From: Eubacteriales bacterium
GTDB lineage: Bacteria > Bacillota > Clostridia > Oscillospirales > QAKW01
DNA length: 64,000 nucleotides
Assembly (NCBI GenBank): GCA_045636365.1
Contig: JAZTXG010000029.1
Coordinates: 22,086-86,085 of the forward strand
Direction of reading: 5' to 3'
Below are positions 30,046 to 38,988 of the stretch, one piece after another. Made by a program: the position numbers and the translations under genes. Under the pieces are notes generated by a model that saw only the letters and a program-made list of their open reading frames with translations, was not told where the DNA came from and did no database searches. Every line of letters starts with the position of its first letter. The stretch's first letter is position 1.

Positions 30046-30951
30046 TTACATATGGATCGGAAGTGTGCGGGGAAGGATGGAAAATTCGCATTGGGGAAGA
30101 TCGCGGATCTCGCCGTCGATATTGATGCGCAAGGTTTCGCCTTCCCGCAACGGGGCGACCGAGACGGTATCGGCGCGGCAATGCACCACCGTATCTTTAA
30201 ATTGAAGGATCTTTCCGAGCAAAAGCCCCGGCAGATACCCGCACATTTGCAGGCGGGAGCAATCTTGAATGACGATCAATTCCAATTTTTCGCTTTCCAC
30301 ATCGGCCTTGGGGCTGATGGGAATACCGCCGCCGATATATTGCCCATTGGCTACCGAAAAGACCAGACAGTTGCCGCGGAACACTTCCTTACCGTCGGCT
30401 TGGATGACCATCGGCGCGGAGCGGTGGTGGAAAATGGCGGCAAGGACCCCCAAAAGATAGGAGGCTTTACCGCGGATTTTTTTGCGGTATTGGTTGGCAT
30501 AGTCCAGAACAGTGACATCAAAGCCTGCGCCGCACTCATTGGCAAAAAGAAGATCGTTGACTTTGCCGATATCGATATGGCGCACATTGGAATTTAAAAT
30601 ATGCTCCAGCGCCGCCATCGGCTCGGAGGGGACATGGAGGCTTTTGAGAAAATCATTCCCTGTCCCCGCGGGGAGGCTGGCGACAGGCAGGTCGCTTCCC
30701 AACGCGCCTTGGACGACCTCTAAAAAGGTGCCGTCGCCGCCGATGGAAAGGAGCATATTATCGTTTTGGGGATGTTCCTGATGCTCTTTGGCGGCTTTGA
30801 TTGCAAGCTCTTTTGCCTCATTGGGATAATGGGTTTCCCATACCCGATGGGGCAGATTTAATTCTTTGAGCCGTTCGACCACAGAAATTGCGACATTTTT
30901 CGCCTTTCCGCCCCCTGCCACAGGATTGACCAAAAGAGTAATCATTGGCAC
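30046..30951 (-). CDS. Diacylglycerol-kinase-family lipid kinase
   Basis: NPVAG, GGDGT, GTGNDF, NGQYIGGG, IDGE. Confidence 0.92.
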   Translation of the reverse strand: MPMITLLVNPVAGGGKAKNVAISVVERLKELNLPHRVWETHYPNEAKELAIKAAKEHQEHPQNDNMLLSIGGDGTFLEVVQGALGSDLPVASLPAGTGNDFLKSLHVPSEPMAALEHILNSNVRHIDIGKVNDLLFANECGAGFDVTVLDYANQYRKKIRGKASYLLGVLAAIFHHRSAPMVIQADGKEVFRGNCLVFSVANGQYIGGGIPISPKADVESEKLELIVIQDCSRLQMCGYLPGLLLGKILQFKDTVVHCRADTVSVAPLREGETLRINIDGEIRDLPQCEFSILPRTLPIHM

Positions 30952-31022
30952 ATTTCCTCCGAATTTCGATAAAAATCTACATTAGATTATAGCAAAACAC
31001 GCTTGAAATTGCAACCATAAAT

Positions 31023-31084
31023 CCTGTTCGGCCCTGTGCGGTAATTTTTTCCTATAATGGAAGCAAGAAAGGTTTTGTCGACAA
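31023..31084 (+). promoter_or_regulatory. Putative activator-dependent promoter of the virion operon
   Basis: Direct repeat CCTGTTCGG (31023-31031) / CCTGTGCGG (31033-31041) in place of a -35, TATAAT at 31053-31058, palindrome TTGTCGACAA at 31075-31084. Confidence 0.55.
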
Positions 31085-31112
31085 GTCTTTCAATCCAGGA
31101 GGTGAACCGAAG

Positions 31113-31367
31113 ATGAACTTCACAGAATGTATTGCCAAAGAGGTTTCCCGCGCCGCCTCCATGACCTTGCCCGAATTGGAGGAAGCGTTGGAGAGCGGGC
31201 AACATCGAACGGTCGGAGAACTCACTGCCCTTTCCTTGGCCAAGAAAGCGGCGGAGGGAGCGATGGATGCGGTGAAAATGATTCGGGAACTTGCCAAAGG
31301 GGAGCAAGCAACATCCGATCTCCCGCAGATCGAGATCCGTATTGTGGGGCAAGGCGCAGATGAGTAA
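31113..31367 (+). CDS. Putative small terminase subunit (short, no obvious HTH)
   Basis: 84 aa overlapping TerL start; helical LAKKAAEG..DAVKMIREL core and C-terminal beta strand IEIRIV; RBS ggaggtg. Confidence 0.6.
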   Translation: MNFTECIAKEVSRAASMTLPELEEALESGQHRTVGELTALSLAKKAAEGAMDAVKMIRELAKGEQATSDLPQIEIRIVGQGADE

Positions 31368-32679
31368 TCTCTGTTCCATAGATATTACCCCGCTCCAATA
31401 CCAATTTCTTTCTGCCGCAGAGGATGAGATCCTCTTTGGCGGCGCCGCCGGAGGCGGGAAGAGCTTTGGGCAGCTGGTGGATGCGCTGCATTATGCGCTG
31501 ACCTATGCAGGCTCGCGGCAGTTATTATTGCGGCGGACTCTGCCGGAATTGGAAAATTCGCTGATTCGCACCGCATTGGAATTATATCCCTCTTCCATAT
31601 ACCATTATGTATCCTCCAAGCATACCGGGGTCTTTGCCAACGGCTCGTTGCTGGATTTCGGGTATTGCGATAGCGAGCGGGATGTATTTCGCTATCAATC
31701 GTCGGAATACGATGTCATTCGCTTTGACGAGCTGACGCATTTCTCCGAATCAATGTATCTTTACCTGATGTCCCGCTTGCGGGGTGCCAAGCCCTTTCCC
31801 CGCCAAATGAAAAGCACCACCAACCCCGGCGGGGTCGGGCACGATTGGGTCAAGCGCCGATTTATCGATCCCGCGCCGCCCAATACCCCGATCTCCGATC
31901 CGCTGGGAACCCGCAGGTTCATTCCGGCGCGGGTGCAGGATAACCGCTTTTTAATGGAGGGGGATCCTCAATATATCAACCGCCTTTTGCGGTTGCCGGA
32001 GCAGGAGCGCAAAGCCCTTCTGGAGGGGGATTGGGATCTTTGCGAAGGACGCTTTTTTGCCGATTGGCAGCGGGAGAAGCACGTCTGCGCGCCCTTTGAA
32101 ATCCCCGACCATTGGCGGCGCTATTGCGCGCTGGACTATGGCTTGGATATGCTGGCGGGCTTGTTTATCGCCGAGGATGAGCAGGGCTTTTTCTATGTAT
32201 ACCGCGAGGTATATGAATCGGGTCTGATCGTATCCCGCGCGGCATCCAGGCTGAAGGCGGCATCTCCCGCCCAATGCCCCTATTATGCACCGCCCGATCT
32301 ATGGAGCCGGCAAAAGGATTCGGGGAAATCCATTGTCGACCTGTTTCGGGAGAACGGAGTTCCGCTCACCAGAGTCAGCCCTGCCCGCTCGGCAGGCTGG
32401 GCGGTGCTGCAGGAGTGGTTGCTCGACCGTATGGATCGGGATGGAAATCTACGCCCCAGGCTGAAGATTTTTTCCACTTGTGTCAACCTGATCCGTTGCC
32501 TGCCGATGCTGCAATGGGACCCCGAGACCATCGGCGATTGCCGAACAACGCCCCACGAGCTGACTCACGCGCCGGATGCTCTGCGTTATTTTGCCATGGG
32601 CTATCCCGGTGTATCGAAACCCCGAACCATCAAGCCTCCATCCATACTCGGAGGCAACAGAAAGGAATTGATCATATGA
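31360..32679 (+). CDS. terL: Phage terminase large subunit (Terminase_6 type)
   Basis: Walker A GGAAGGGKS, Walker B IRFDE, STTNPGG motif III, nuclease ALDYG and HAPDALRY. Confidence 0.95.
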   Translation: MSNLCSIDITPLQYQFLSAAEDEILFGGAAGGGKSFGQLVDALHYALTYAGSRQLLLRRTLPELENSLIRTALELYPSSIYHYVSSKHTGVFANGSLLDFGYCDSERDVFRYQSSEYDVIRFDELTHFSESMYLYLMSRLRGAKPFPRQMKSTTNPGGVGHDWVKRRFIDPAPPNTPISDPLGTRRFIPARVQDNRFLMEGDPQYINRLLRLPEQERKALLEGDWDLCEGRFFADWQREKHVCAPFEIPDHWRRYCALDYGLDMLAGLFIAEDEQGFFYVYREVYESGLIVSRAASRLKAASPAQCPYYAPPDLWSRQKDSGKSIVDLFRENGVPLTRVSPARSAGWAVLQEWLLDRMDRDGNLRPRLKIFSTCVNLIRCLPMLQWDPETIGDCRTTPHELTHAPDALRYFAMGYPGVSKPRTIKPPSILGGNRKELII

Positions 32680-32873
32680 CGATTTGGATGCTGATGTTAT
32701 CTGTTTTATGGATGCTGCTTGCAGTCGCTGCCTATCGATTGGGGATGGCCGACGGTCTTTCCGCCGCCCGCCGCGGTCGATTGGCAGGCGGCAAAGATCC
32801 GATGAAGGATCAGCTGCTCCGCCGCATCGAGGCCTACGACGGCAGAAAGGATTCTTATGCAAAACACGAGTGA
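32676..32873 (+). CDS. Small single-TM phage protein
   Basis: MTIWMLMLSVLWMLLAVAAYRLG...IEAYDG; RBS aaagga; ATGA overlap with terL stop. Confidence 0.65.
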   Translation: MTIWMLMLSVLWMLLAVAAYRLGMADGLSAARRGRLAGGKDPMKDQLLRRIEAYDGRKDSYAKHE

Positions 32874-34380
32874 ACAAATCTGGAAAGAATATCAAGAAGG
32901 CTGCGCACTGCTGACCCGCGACGGTTTTTACGACCGAAGCGAAGAATGTCATAGCTTTTATGCCGGCGATCAGTGGCGCTATCTGCAGACCGATGGGGAA
33001 CGACTGCCGGTCTACAACATGATCGAACCGATTGTGAAATATAAGACCGCGGTGGTCGCTCAAAACAATCTGACGGTGAATTATAGCTTTGATACCTCGG
33101 ACCACCCTGCATTATCCACCATTGCCCATCAGGCGGCGCGATTGCTCAATCGCAATGCGCGCTTGCTTTGGGAGCAAAACCAAATGGACCAAAAATGCTG
33201 GGAAGCGGTGGAGGATGGCTGTGTCACCGGCGCATCCTACCTCTATTTCTATATGCACAACGGTAGGGTACAGGCGGAAGTGCTGGACGGTGTCAACCTG
33301 ATTTTCGGCGACGAACAAGAGCAGGATATCAACGAACAGCCGTATATTTTGATTGTGCAGCGCCGCTCGGTCCGTCAGGTCCAAAAAGAGGCGCGTGCCA
33401 ATGGCATCGATGAGCAGGAAATTGCACAAATTTTTCCCGATACCGACCTGCTTTGCCAAAGCGGAATGGATCGGTTGCATGAAAATGCATTGGAGGAAAA
33501 CCGCAAATGTATTTCCATCCTGAAATTTTATAAAAAGGACGGCAATGTCTGCTTTACCCAATCCACAAAGAACTGCGTTTATCATCCCGAAACGGTATTG
33601 GCAGGGCTTTCCCGCTACCCCATCGCGCCTTTTATTTGGGCGCGCCGCAAGGGGAGCTGCCGCGGCAGAGGCGCGGTGGAAGGGCTGATCGCCAATCAGA
33701 TCGCCGTCAATAAAAACCTTGCCCGTATGGATATCGCCATCCGCCGCTTTGCGTTTCCCAAGCTGGTGTATAACGCGCCGCGGATTCAGAATGTGGAGGA
33801 TATCGAAAAGATCGGTGCTTCCATCGCGGTGGATGATCCCAATGTTCGCATCGGGGACCTGATCTCCTATGTGCAGCCGGCAGGAATCAATACCCTTGCC
33901 TATAACTTTATGGGCAATATGATTTCCACCACCCGCGAGCTTTGCGGCGCGGGCGATGCGGTGACCGGTCAGATCAACCCCGAGCAGGCCAGCGGCGCCG
34001 CCATTGTGGCGGTGCGGGAGGCGGCCACCTTGAACTTAAATTTCGCGGTGGCGCAGTTGACACGCTTTATCGAGGATGTGGCATTGATTTGGTATGACCT
34101 GCTGCGGGCATATCATCCTGCAGGGCTGACGGTGGAATCGGAATTGATTCCCGGCAAGCTGCTGCAGGTATTGGAGCCGCGGGTGCGGATCGATCTTTCG
34201 CCCGCCAACCCCTTTTCCAAATTTGCGCAGGAGCAATCGCTGCAAAATCTTCTCAATGCAGGATATATCTCCTTTGCAGAATATGTGGAGGCATTGGATG
34301 AGGATGCCAATGCGCCCAAAGAAAAGCTGCGCTCTATTCTGGCGGCGCGCCCGCCGATGGAAGCGGTAGTGCAAGAATAA
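32857..34380 (+). CDS. Portal protein (P22/podovirus-like)
   Basis: 507 aa after TerL; FY.GDQW, N.I.PIV, G.G.VE.LI.NQ..VNK, ASGAAI patterns. Confidence 0.85.
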   Translation: MQNTSEQIWKEYQEGCALLTRDGFYDRSEECHSFYAGDQWRYLQTDGERLPVYNMIEPIVKYKTAVVAQNNLTVNYSFDTSDHPALSTIAHQAARLLNRNARLLWEQNQMDQKCWEAVEDGCVTGASYLYFYMHNGRVQAEVLDGVNLIFGDEQEQDINEQPYILIVQRRSVRQVQKEARANGIDEQEIAQIFPDTDLLCQSGMDRLHENALEENRKCISILKFYKKDGNVCFTQSTKNCVYHPETVLAGLSRYPIAPFIWARRKGSCRGRGAVEGLIANQIAVNKNLARMDIAIRRFAFPKLVYNAPRIQNVEDIEKIGASIAVDDPNVRIGDLISYVQPAGINTLAYNFMGNMISTTRELCGAGDAVTGQINPEQASGAAIVAVREAATLNLNFAVAQLTRFIEDVALIWYDLLRAYHPAGLTVESELIPGKLLQVLEPRVRIDLSPANPFSKFAQEQSLQNLLNAGYISFAEYVEALDEDANAPKEKLRSILAARPPMEAVVQE

Positions 34381-34384
34381 AAAA

Positions 34385-34445
34385 TCGCAGGTGAACAGCG
34401 CAAAAATCGCAAAATGATTCGCAGGTGAAGAGCGTAAAAATCACA
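34385..34445 (+). repeat. Two 27-bp tandem repeats in the scaffold gene leader
   Basis: tcgcaggtgaacagcgcaaaaatcgca (34385-34411) and tcgcaggtgaagagcgtaaaaatcaca (34419-34445). Confidence 0.85.
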
Positions 34446-34458
34446 GAAAGGTTCATAT

Positions 34459-35022
34459 ATGAGCGAATTGAATACCGCGGTGGAAACCGCACCGGAGCAG
34501 GAAACTGCTCCTCAAACAACCTCGGAAGAAAAGACAGCCGAGAAAGAAGAAATGTCTAAAGAAGAACGGAGCAAGCAGGCCTCTCGCCGACGCGCGCTGG
34601 AGCAGAAAGCCGAAGAACTGCGTGCCGATGCTCGCCAGGAACAATTGCGGCAGGAGGTTATGAACCATCCTTTGGTGAAGGAAGCCATGACCTTGCTGGA
34701 GGAGAACCGTTTTAAGCAGGATCTGGACCGTGTGCGCGCGGCCTATCCGAGCCTGACCGCCCAAAGCCCCCAAGAAGTAGGGGAAATCTATTGCCGATTA
34801 ATGGCAAGCGGGCAGGTGGATCCGGTGGTTGCCTATGAAGCGCAAGCCGCCGCCGATCGCCGCAGGGAACCGATCCCCGAAAACATGGTGAGCGCAAAAT
34901 CGGCCGGAGGAGCCGCGCTCTATTATTCCTCTCAGGAGCTGGATCGGCTGACCGAAAAGGATCTTAAGGATCCCGATGTTTTTCGGAAAGCCATCGCTTC
35001 ATTATCAAAATTAAGGAGTTAA
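34459..35022 (+). CDS. Putative capsid scaffolding protein
   Basis: Acidic N-terminus, coiled coil, C-terminal helix-loop-helix; lies between portal and capsid. Confidence 0.7.
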   Translation: MSELNTAVETAPEQETAPQTTSEEKTAEKEEMSKEERSKQASRRRALEQKAEELRADARQEQLRQEVMNHPLVKEAMTLLEENRFKQDLDRVRAAYPSLTAQSPQEVGEIYCRLMASGQVDPVVAYEAQAAADRRREPIPENMVSAKSAGGAALYYSSQELDRLTEKDLKDPDVFRKAIASLSKLRS

Positions 35023-35026
35023 AACT

Positions 35027-35842
35027 ATGTCTTTTTCTAATTTTAAACCCACCATTTGGAGCCGTTTTATTCAAACCGAGCTGGAAAAGAAATGCAAGCT
35101 GGTGGATGATTGCAACCGCCAGTTTGAAGGGGAAGCCCGCCTGGGTGGCAGAGTCAAGATTTTAGGCGCGATCGCCCCCGAAATCTTCGATTATAAAGCC
35201 GCTACAGGTATGGATGCTCCCCAGACCTTGCAGGGTGTCAGCGTCTATTTGGATCTGGATCAGGCAAAGGCGTTCAATTTTATGGTGGATGATCTGGATC
35301 GTTTGCAGTCCAATCCCGAGCTGATGCCCATCGTCTTGGAGGAGGCCAGCCGCAAGATGGCGGTCGCCCGCGATACTTATGTGGCATCCATTGCCAAAGA
35401 GAGCGGATTTTTCACCAATTCGACCAAGGTAACCACCCCCGCGCAGGCAAAGGCGTTGGTCGATGAAGCATTGCTTACTCTGCGTGAGCATGATGTGGAT
35501 ATTGCTGATAATGTATCGATCACCGTATCCCCCTTCTTCTATCAACTGCTGCGTGATGCCTTGACCGAACTCAAGACCAATAATGATGAGCTGATCGCCC
35601 GCGGTGTGGTCGGTATGTACGACTGCGCTAAGGTGGTATTGAGCAACAATCTTTATAACGACGGTACCGATGATTATATGATGGTTCGTACCAATAAGGC
35701 GATTGCTTTTGCATCTGCCATTGATGAAACCGAGGCCTATCGCCCCGAGAAGTATTTCTCCGATGCGGTCAAGGGTCTCAATGTCTTTGGCGGTAAATTG
35801 GTTCGTCCCAAGGAACTTGTTGTCATCAAGGCTCATAAATAA
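35027..35842 (+). CDS. Major capsid protein (P22 coat/gp5-like, HK97 fold)
   Basis: NFKPTIWS, NRQFEGE, L.LDQAK.F.F.VDD.D..Q, FSDAVKGL.VFG.K.VRP; strong RBS. Confidence 0.9.
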   Translation: MSFSNFKPTIWSRFIQTELEKKCKLVDDCNRQFEGEARLGGRVKILGAIAPEIFDYKAATGMDAPQTLQGVSVYLDLDQAKAFNFMVDDLDRLQSNPELMPIVLEEASRKMAVARDTYVASIAKESGFFTNSTKVTTPAQAKALVDEALLTLREHDVDIADNVSITVSPFFYQLLRDALTELKTNNDELIARGVVGMYDCAKVVLSNNLYNDGTDDYMMVRTNKAIAFASAIDETEAYRPEKYFSDAVKGLNVFGGKLVRPKELVVIKAHK

Positions 35843-35868
35843 TAATTGGAAAGAAAGGAATTTGAAGT

Positions 35869-36204
35869 ATGACTTATTTTGATGCTACTCACAATAAAAA
35901 TTACGTATATTTTGACACCGACGTGTTAAATCGTTGCCCAAAAGTAGTGGCATATCGTGTTCCGGAGGATGCGGAATATGCGCTTCTTTTGTTAGGCATT
36001 GAAGACCCTTCTACAATCACTATTAAAGCAGCAGATTCTGTTTTGGGCGGAAAAGATCAGATATTTCCGTGCGAGTGTGGTTATAACGGTGTATTTCTGG
36101 AATTAAGCACCTTTATTCAGCGTTCCGGTGAGCACAAGGGGTGCGTTTTGATCGAATGTGCCGAGGATTCGTTTGAGAGCGATTTGTTCATTTGCTCAAA
36201 ATAA
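35869..36204 (+). CDS. Putative head decoration/cement protein
   Basis: 111-aa beta-rich ORF directly after the capsid gene; strong RBS. Confidence 0.5.
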   Translation: MTYFDATHNKNYVYFDTDVLNRCPKVVAYRVPEDAEYALLLLGIEDPSTITIKAADSVLGGKDQIFPCECGYNGVFLELSTFIQRSGEHKGCVLIECAEDSFESDLFICSK

Positions 36205-36226
36205 AATATACATCCCGGAGGTAATG

Positions 36227-36745
36227 ATGATGACAATTCAAGCGATTTTAAAATGTGCCGCGGTGCTGTTGGGTGTGCCGGAGGGGGCGGTGGAGCAAGA
36301 TGCTGTCTATGAGCGGTTGCTTTCTGCCTTGGATAGCGCATTAGGGGAACTGGCACGATGTTTTCCTCTGCAGGCGCGGTGCAGAATTACTGTGGTCGAT
36401 GGTGCGGTGGCGCTTCCTGCCGCAGTGCTGACTCCGCGTGCGCTGCTTCGGGATGGAAAAAGAGTGCCATTGCAATTGGATGAAGGAAAGCTGATGGCAG
36501 AGGATGGGGACTATACCTTGGTGTATTACCGTGTCCCGCCGATGGCATCGGCGATGGATCGTTCTGCGATCCTGCCCTATCCCGAAGATCTTTTGCGTGC
36601 CTTGCCCTTTTATTGCGCCGCTCTTTGCGTCATGGGGGAGGATCAGGCATTATATCTGCGCTTAATGGAGCAGTATAACACCAAATTGGCGGCAGCGCTG
36701 GGCTATCGCCCTGCGGCGGCGGTGGAAGCGGAGGGATCGATGTGA
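36227..36745 (+). CDS. Putative head-tail adaptor (tail tubular protein A-like)
   Basis: Position; YYRVP...LP.Y.AA pattern of podoviral adaptors. Confidence 0.6.
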   Translation: MMTIQAILKCAAVLLGVPEGAVEQDAVYERLLSALDSALGELARCFPLQARCRITVVDGAVALPAAVLTPRALLRDGKRVPLQLDEGKLMAEDGDYTLVYYRVPPMASAMDRSAILPYPEDLLRALPFYCAALCVMGEDQALYLRLMEQYNTKLAAALGYRPAAAVEAEGSM

Positions 36746-38805
36746 GTTATCCGTTCCATTCGTTAAATCGTGCGTCTGCAGGACGGACCGTTTGTTCGGA
36801 GATCGGTTTTTCCGGCTTGGATGTTGCAGGTGGCGCATTTAAGATGCCCATCTCCCGTGCCTTTGATACCGAAAACTTAATCTGGGAAGGGTCCGCACTC
36901 AAGCGCCGCCCCGGCTATCGCCTTATGGAAAATTACAGTAAAAAGATCAACGGCATCTATTTTGTCGGAGAGCATAAAATCGTCCATGCCGGAACAAATC
37001 TGTATATGCAAGCAGGGGATAATGTACCAAAACTGCTGTTTGACCGGATGAACGATGCCGCCTCCTTTGGTGTGGTGCGTAAGCAAGAGGTGGAGCATCG
37101 CTGGTGCAATTCCTCGGAAATGTATGGCTGGAGCCGTGAAAGAAAGGTTGGAGATTTTCTCTTTATCAACGATGGTAAAAACTATCTGTTTTTCGATGGA
37201 GAGCAGGTCCACTCGGTGGCTGATACCCATTGGGGTGAATCGCTGCGGGTCGATCTGCATGGCGGAATGGTCTATTCTACTTATGCGAAAGTTCCCATCA
37301 GCATTACCGGTAAACTTCCCAACGGGGACCACGGCGACGTGGATCCCCGCGGGGATAACCGCCTAAGCCAGTTCCGTTGCGAAAGCTTTTATGTGGACGA
37401 TAAAAAGGACTATACCGAGTTTGTTTTGGATCGCTACTATAAAGATTGCAATGATGGAATCCCCACCGAGATCCAGATCCGCGACAGCAACGGTGTCTGG
37501 CGCAACTACTGCTGCATCAGTGTGGATTTTTATTTAAACTATGATGATGTCCGTACCAAGCTTCAGATCGATACCCCCATCAAGGGCGGGATGCCCTTTT
37601 CCTTTGATACCGCAAGCGGGAAGATTGTGAACCTTGGCTACGGCAGCTCCTATATCGCCAACGACGGTATGGACAATCTGCGGATCACCTATGCAGTGCA
37701 TAAAGAGGCTCCCACCGCCTTGACCGGAGCAACGGTGCAGGGGCTTTATGGCACCGATGGGGCGGATAATGTCTTGTTTCTTGGCGGAAGCGAGCAATCC
37801 CCCGGCATCGATGCCTTCAGCGCCCGCGATGATTTCTTTTGCTTTTATGCCACCTCGGTCGAGCGGCTGGGCAACGAGCAGGTGCCCATCACAGGCTATA
37901 CCCGATTAAGCGATGGGCGGATCGCGGTCCTGAAAAACGATCCCAACGATTCCAATGTCTATTTTCGGACCCATAAGACTGTTTCGGTGGGCGCGACCCA
38001 AAGCGGAGAGGCGTATCAGGTGGATGCCTTCCCTTCCAAAGCGGGAGCTGCGGTGGAAGGCTGCATTTCCCCTCATTCAGTCGGAATTGCAGGGAATGAA
38101 CCGATTTTCTTGGCCGAATCGGGGTTATACAGTGTCCGCAGTGTCTCCAATGAATTAATTAATCTGGATGAGACCGTGCGGCGCAGCCTGCCTATCGACC
38201 CCTTGCTTTGCAAGCAGAATGCTGCCGATGCGCGCAGTATTCGTTGGCGCGAATATTATCTTTTGGTTTTCGGGAACCTTGCATTGCTCACAGACGGTCG
38301 GAGAGACACCGGCGGAATGCTTCGCTTTTTGAAATGGCGATTCGGTCATAAAATTACCGCCTTGGGCAAGAACGGAAACACGCTGTATTTGGGCGATGCG
38401 GAAGGGAAGGTCTTTGAATTCGGCGGCGCGGAAACGGATGCCGATTTGGAGAACGAAGCGTTCTGGCAGACCAATCTTTCCGAAGATTCCCGCGGCGCCC
38501 GCCAGATCCTCAAGCAGCTTTTGGTGGCCGTCAGTCCGGATTACAAGGGCAAGATCAAAGCGGTTCTTTATCGCGAGCAGGTACCCTGCCCGCAGGTGTC
38601 CATGGCATTGAATCGTGTGGATTTTTCCGCATGGGATTTTGATGCACTCACCTTCGACGGCACCGATGCGATGCGTTGGGTGCAACTCCCTGTGGGTTCA
38701 TTGGCGGCGGATCGATATGCGATCCGCATCGATCTGTGTTCAGGGCAGAATCTGTTGCTCTGGGGAATGCGGATGGTGTATGAAAAAGGAGGAACGGTAC
38801 GATGA
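36742..38805 (+). CDS. Putative tail nozzle/stabilisation protein (P22 gp10 / tail tubular B-like)
   Basis: 687 aa, beta-rich; F.GLD, N......L.RRPGY N-terminus and GCIS..S motif; position after adaptor. Confidence 0.7.
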   Translation: MSYPFHSLNRASAGRTVCSEIGFSGLDVAGGAFKMPISRAFDTENLIWEGSALKRRPGYRLMENYSKKINGIYFVGEHKIVHAGTNLYMQAGDNVPKLLFDRMNDAASFGVVRKQEVEHRWCNSSEMYGWSRERKVGDFLFINDGKNYLFFDGEQVHSVADTHWGESLRVDLHGGMVYSTYAKVPISITGKLPNGDHGDVDPRGDNRLSQFRCESFYVDDKKDYTEFVLDRYYKDCNDGIPTEIQIRDSNGVWRNYCCISVDFYLNYDDVRTKLQIDTPIKGGMPFSFDTASGKIVNLGYGSSYIANDGMDNLRITYAVHKEAPTALTGATVQGLYGTDGADNVLFLGGSEQSPGIDAFSARDDFFCFYATSVERLGNEQVPITGYTRLSDGRIAVLKNDPNDSNVYFRTHKTVSVGATQSGEAYQVDAFPSKAGAAVEGCISPHSVGIAGNEPIFLAESGLYSVRSVSNELINLDETVRRSLPIDPLLCKQNAADARSIRWREYYLLVFGNLALLTDGRRDTGGMLRFLKWRFGHKITALGKNGNTLYLGDAEGKVFEFGGAETDADLENEAFWQTNLSEDSRGARQILKQLLVAVSPDYKGKIKAVLYREQVPCPQVSMALNRVDFSAWDFDALTFDGTDAMRWVQLPVGSLAADRYAIRIDLCSGQNLLLWGMRMVYEKGGTVR

Positions 38806-38984
38806 GTATCTGGAACAATTTAAAATTCGGTCCACAGGAGATGGAGGCCAAAAGCGTTTCAACTCTTGCAGATCGCCCGAACATCTCGGCAGAAGAGCTG
38901 AAGACACGGTTGGATAGCACCGATATTCGCTTACGCTTTAATCAACTGCTGGACCGATTGGAAGAAAAATTCAGCGAGGAATAA
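38802..38984 (+). CDS. Small protein resembling the N-terminal anchor of tail fibres/spikes
   Basis: 60 aa; V.TLADRP..SAEELK.RLD......FN.L; RBS ggagg; ATGA overlap. Confidence 0.55.
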   Translation: MSIWNNLKFGPQEMEAKSVSTLADRPNISAEELKTRLDSTDIRLRFNQLLDRLEEKFSEE

Positions 38985-38988
38985 TATT

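Noticed and set aside
34385-34445. Possible mini CRISPR array
   Set aside because: Only two repeats with a 7-bp spacer and no cas genes
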